32,000 bases of DNA, from positions 1,290,001-1,322,000 of the forward strand of contig CP025011.1 of NCBI GenBank assembly GCA_002952755.1. Reading direction: 5' to 3'. The stretch is from Candidatus Saccharimonadota bacterium (GTDB taxonomy: Bacteria; Patescibacteriota; Saccharimonadia; Saccharimonadales; UBA4665). Numbering within the stretch: position 1 is the stretch's first letter; each line of letters starts with the position of its first letter. Positions 28,656-32,000 of the stretch are shown here, in pieces. The notes under the pieces were generated by a model. The model searched no databases. It had not been told where the DNA came from and saw only the letters and a list, made by a program, of their open reading frames with translations. Both the position numbers and the translations under genes were made by a program.

Positions 28656-29585
28656 TCAGCTCATCAGACGACTGGTAGGAAGCATTGCTGCATATTGTTC
28701 AAAATCCTCTAGTGCGTACACGGGAAGAGCTATGGCATGTCCGGCTAAAACTTTCTCCGTCTCTTCGATGTATGCACGTGGTACTTCCACATGGGTGACT
28801 TGGCTATCAAGCTTTACTGGCTCACCGGTGCGAACCTCATGAATAGCAATCGCAGGTGAGGTTGGAAGCTCTGATACAGTATGTACGCCAAAGAGGATAG
28901 GGTAATTTCCCGGTATGTCAGACCCTGCTGCAAATGTAGAAAAAACGCTGAGGGGCCGCTGATTGACCTTGGCATGCCATTCGTCTTTGCCGTTCTGTTG
29001 CAGGCGTTTCATCACTTGTCTGAGTCCCCCTTCCGAGCGTGCTGCCTCTAGCGCGTAGTCAGCTAAAAACGCCGCAGACCAAAAGGCTGATGTTCCGTAT
29101 CGCTCTGCTGGTATGGCCGTGTTGCGATGCAGATCTGCATAGGCTCGAGCATATATGCGAACGCGTGCCAAGGAAAGGCTCTGCATTTGGCCCGATACCT
29201 CGAATGGGTCGAGGCTCGGCTGTAGTTCGCGGTGCGAAGCTATGTATTCCAATACATCAGCCACCTTACCGTCGCGATACTGGTAGCGGCCCGTACCGTG
29301 CCAGTAATTTGTTTGTTCCATTGTCTTTGATATCTGTTTGTGCGTTTCTGCAGAAAGGTGATAAGGTGGCGATGTTTTTGGTGTAAGCACTCTGTCCAGT
29401 AGATGTAAACGGCGTGGAGTCCGGCCCGTACGGCCTTGTTCCCGGAGAGCATTACCCATCATCCGACCGAGTGCACCGAGGTATATGCGCTTGCCACGAC
29501 TGATTCTGTCGGTCGCCTGCTTTCCTGGTCTCTGTTGTAGCAGGCGCTTAAACATACACTTAGCATAACAAAAGAGTACCTTCAT
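28656..29585 (-). CDS. hypothetical protein (309 aa), basic N-terminal ~90 aa
   Basis: Long ORF with normal composition. No family recognised. Start ambiguous (M1 or M11). Confidence 0.6.
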   Translation of the reverse strand: MKVLFCYAKCMFKRLLQQRPGKQATDRISRGKRIYLGALGRMMGNALREQGRTGRTPRRLHLLDRVLTPKTSPPYHLSAETHKQISKTMEQTNYWHGTGRYQYRDGKVADVLEYIASHRELQPSLDPFEVSGQMQSLSLARVRIYARAYADLHRNTAIPAERYGTSAFWSAAFLADYALEAARSEGGLRQVMKRLQQNGKDEWHAKVNQRPLSVFSTFAAGSDIPGNYPILFGVHTVSELPTSPAIAIHEVRTGEPVKLDSQVTHVEVPRAYIEETEKVLAGHAIALPVYALEDFEQYAAMLPTSRLMS

Positions 29586-29635
29586 TAGATGCTATTAAAG
29601 ACTAGGTCCAGTCCACACTTTTAGACGCATAGGGT

Positions 29636-30085
29636 TTATAGCTCTAGTGGAGCCTCGAAGGTAGCGCTATCACCGCCTCGATACTGCATGCCTGAAGGCA
29701 GGTACACAAAAACGAATTTAGTTGTCCCATCGAAGACTAGCTTTGCATCATCGACAAATATTGCCTGTCTATCTGACTCAATTACTGCTTCCGCAACCGC
29801 GGGAAAGGCCTTGTATTTGTTCCCGAATTCATCGAAGTCCCGCGTAATGAGCACTTCATCAAATAGTTCAGTCGGATCTTCGCTAAACTGTTGAGCGTAA
29901 ATATCTAAAGCAGCCTGAATGTAGCCTATCTGGGCAGACGATAAGATAGCCGTGCCAAAACCCCGGCTTTGAAGTTCTCTAAGCGTTTGCGGGATATCCG
30001 CTCTCCAACTCCCAGCGAGAGTAGTCTCGGTATTTACCGTACGCTTAAACATGGTCTCGTCTAAGTCGAAGTAGATAGTCGTTAT
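29636..30085 (-). CDS. small HAD-superfamily hydrolase; catalytic motif I lies upstream of the only ATG (ATA or other non-canonical start, or start-loss pseudogene)
   Basis: The track ORF starts at ATG 30052 (MFKRTV...). The in-frame upstream codons read (ATA)-T-T-I-Y-F-D-L-D-E-T, which is HAD motif I (DxDxT), bounded by a TAA at 30094-30092. Motifs II (ILSS) and III (K...FVDD) are downstream. Confidence 0.65.
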   Translation of the reverse strand: MTTIYFDLDETMFKRTVNTETTLAGSWRADIPQTLRELQSRGFGTAILSSAQIGYIQAALDIYAQQFSEDPTELFDEVLITRDFDEFGNKYKAFPAVAEAVIESDRQAIFVDDAKLVFDGTTKFVFVYLPSGMQYRGGDSATFEAPLEL

Positions 30086-30294
30086 AGGGGGTTAGCGGCT
30101 CGAATTTCGGGCCTAGCTAATAAGAAACCGAGAGATAAAGGGGTAGTGCCTAGTTCATGGCGACATCTCCGGAGAATCGTAGAAGTTCAGACATAAAATA
30201 GTAATACCACAAAGGTATACTGCTTCAAATATCGGGGCGTTGCTTTGGAGGTTTGGAACTATTTTGTGAATGCGTAAAATGTTAGCATAGCCGT

Positions 30295-30969
30295 ATGACA
30301 GAAGACGAGCAGGAAGCAAAGACGATTGCCACCTATGACAGAACAGCAATTCATTGGGCTGCCGAACACATGGTGGTCAATGATTGGGAAAAAGACGCGG
30401 CAAAGTTTAAGCAACTACTGCCAGAGGGTTATATCTTGGAAGTTGGTTGTGGGGGCGGCCGAGATGCTGCCGAGTTAATCAGATTGGGCTATGACTATTA
30501 TGGAACCGATGCCTCACGGGGTATGGTTGAGGCTGCTCGACAATCAGTAAAGAATGCTAAATTCGAAGTCCGTAATGTATACGACTTGGCTGAATTGGGC
30601 CAACATTTCGATGGTTTCTGGGCTTGTGCCGTATTGCTCCACATCCCCAGAGAGAGCATAGATAGGGCTATCCAGGCCATATTAGTGACACAACGTACTG
30701 GGGCTGTTGGCATGATATCTATAAAGGCCGGTAACAAAAGTGACTTTGAGGTTCGTGATAAAGACGGTATGCATGAAGAGCGACTGTTTGTTTACTGGGA
30801 TAAAGATATGTTTGACGAAGTATTAAAGCGCAATGGTTTGGTGGTACTCTATTACGAACATAGACCAGTGAGTACTCGCACTAACTGGCACGTTTACTTT
30901 GTGCGCAAAAATGACGCCGGAAGGTCTTTAAGGGTACAAGCAAAAAACCTCTCGTATAGAGAGGTTTAA
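30295..30969 (+). CDS. class I SAM-dependent methyltransferase
   Basis: 224 aa. Motif I ILEVGCGGGRDAAELI, followed by YYGTDAS and FDGFWACAVLLHI. Confidence 0.85.
   Translation: MTEDEQEAKTIATYDRTAIHWAAEHMVVNDWEKDAAKFKQLLPEGYILEVGCGGGRDAAELIRLGYDYYGTDASRGMVEAARQSVKNAKFEVRNVYDLAELGQHFDGFWACAVLLHIPRESIDRAIQAILVTQRTGAVGMISIKAGNKSDFEVRDKDGMHEERLFVYWDKDMFDEVLKRNGLVVLYYEHRPVSTRTNWHVYFVRKNDAGRSLRVQAKNLSYREV
30945..30967 (-). terminator. intrinsic terminator of the HExxH gene, embedded in the 3' end of the convergent MTase CDS
   Basis: AAACCUCUC-uauac-GAGAGGUUU on the minus strand, followed by UUUUUUGC. The plus strand has only UUU after the hairpin. Confidence 0.6.
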
Positions 30970-31009
30970 CATAAGCATCTTGGCGGGTCGTTACTTTAAA
31001 GGTTTGGAA

Positions 31010-31741
31010 TCATTTCGCATTCATGGAAGCCATAACCGCTACTGCAAATTGGTCCGGCATGTCCTCAGAGGGGATTGACCGATAGGCAAGGTCTTGAGCG
31101 GCAACAAGCTCACTCACGGTAGTTATACCTAACTCGGCTAGATGATCTTTATGAGTCATCACATATTGCTCAGCCCTTTCTGGGTCTCTTGCCACCCAGG
31201 CCACGATCGTTGCCGCCGCCACACCGGGGATGGGCAGCGTATCGAGTTCCTCATCATAAACAGCCTCTATACCTGTCCGGTTAAAGCCCTTCGCTCTCCA
31301 GTCCTCGACATGACCCAGTTCGTGGCCTAGCGTAAAGGCTGAGAAAAGTTCTGGACTAACCTGCTCTGGTCCTATGCCGAGCTTTCGCGCTATCTCGGCA
31401 ACTGTTGTGGGGCGGCTTCGCATCAGGTCAGCATACTCGTCCCAGCTTGTAGCATTGAACGACACTTCTGGGTGGCCACTATCTGAGTAGTAGGGAGGAG
31501 TTGCACGGCCAGCAGTGCCTGGAATTCTCATATTGGCAGAATCATAGGGGTTTAAGACTACGTCGCTTAAATCAGGGCTAATGTCTAGTGCCGCAAGATA
31601 CACTGAGGCAAGATATGCACCAACCTCTCCAAACTCATGAAGTTTTAACAGATTCTCGTGAACAGTTGCGGGTAGTTGATGCGTGTTCTCCGCGCCTGCA
31701 GCAACTGAAAGATTATCGACTGGTGCGAGGTTTTCGCTCAT
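31010..31741 (-). CDS. hypothetical protein with an HExxH zinc-metallopeptidase-like motif
   Basis: 243 aa. AFTLGHELGHVEDW is the only recognisable motif. Family unassigned. Confidence 0.6.
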   Translation of the reverse strand: MSENLAPVDNLSVAAGAENTHQLPATVHENLLKLHEFGEVGAYLASVYLAALDISPDLSDVVLNPYDSANMRIPGTAGRATPPYYSDSGHPEVSFNATSWDEYADLMRSRPTTVAEIARKLGIGPEQVSPELFSAFTLGHELGHVEDWRAKGFNRTGIEAVYDEELDTLPIPGVAAATIVAWVARDPERAEQYVMTHKDHLAELGITTVSELVAAQDLAYRSIPSEDMPDQFAVAVMASMNAK

Positions 31742-31761
31742 GTTTCTGTTTTTATATTTAG

Positions 31762-31795
31762 CTATAAAAATAGTAGCATATAATTGCTACTATTT
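31762..31795 (-). terminator. hairpin/terminator downstream of tRNA-Asp
   Basis: Minus strand AAAUAGUAGC-aauuauau-GCUACUAUUU, running into UUAUAGC. Confidence 0.5.
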
Positions 31796-31809
31796 CAATC
31801 AAATGATAC

Positions 31810-31886
31810 TGGCGGGCTCGACCGGATTCGAACCGGCGATCTCCTCCGTGACAGGGAGGCGTGGTAGGCCACTACACTACGAGCCC
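31810..31886 (-). tRNA. tRNA-Asp (anticodon GUC), CCA encoded
   Basis: GGGCTCG TA GTGT AGTGGCCTA CCAC G CCTCC CTGTCAC GGAGG AGATC GCCGG TTCGAAT CCGGT CGAGCCC G CCA. Confidence 0.92.
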
Positions 31887-32000
31887 AGACTGCTAATATG
31901 TTATTTGAAGATATGTACGAAGGGCGCACCTCTCCAATAACACAAAGTAACAGGGGTAATGATACCAAGAAGCCGCAAGAAAAGCAACTACGTCCCCATC

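Noticed and set aside
28656-29585. Calling the 309-aa protein an H-Y-E ADP-ribosyltransferase on the basis of YWHGTG
   Set aside because: Only a 4-residue resemblance. The Y-x10-Y pair and a properly spaced catalytic Glu are not evident.

Overview
This is a gene-dense bacterial chromosomal segment, transcribed mostly from the minus strand.

**Contents in window order:**
- A complete 16S rRNA gene (minus, ~34-1506), preceded by gyrB-gyrA.
- A three-gene operon ending in a 990-aa membrane-anchored FtsK/HerA/VirD4-type ATPase.
- comM, then infC-rpmI-rplT.
- An RNase P RNA gene hidden under two spurious track ORFs.
- An ASCH-RNase HI fusion, an M50 site-2 protease and rpmB.
- A long thrS-to-MBL operon headed by what I read as a Thr-specific T-box leader.
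- nrdR, a processive GT2 synthase with a small membrane partner, a SpoU methyltransferase and a large polytopic membrane protein.
- A tRNA-bounded block of poorly characterised genes: a GNAT, 87-aa and 309-aa orphans, a HAD hydrolase with a missing canonical start, a SAM-MTase and an HExxH protein.
- Five tRNAs spread across the window, all with encoded CCA: Pro-GGG, Val-GAC, Gly-CCC, Thr-CGU and Asp-GUC.

**Likely source.** The 16S idiosyncrasies and the reduced gene content (housekeeping plus surface functions) suggest a Patescibacteria/CPR genome, possibly Saccharibacteria-like. This is inference, not a database result.

**Not seen.** I found no CRISPR array, transposase, integrase or long repeat.

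**Most worth a second look:**
1. The atypical T-box upstream of thrS.
2. The orphan coupling-type ATPase operon with a long Pro/Ser tail.
3. Several unusually long, hairpin-rich noncoding spacers that look like sRNAs or leaders: 10142-10676, 14593-14846, 21240-21565 and 28427-28655.
4. A recurring promoter-abuts-ATG (leaderless-type) architecture, in contrast to strong SD sites at translation-apparatus genes.
5. Non-AUG start problems at infC and a HAD gene.

**Limits.** All protein calls rest on motif recognition in the supplied translations. No homology search or folding program was run.
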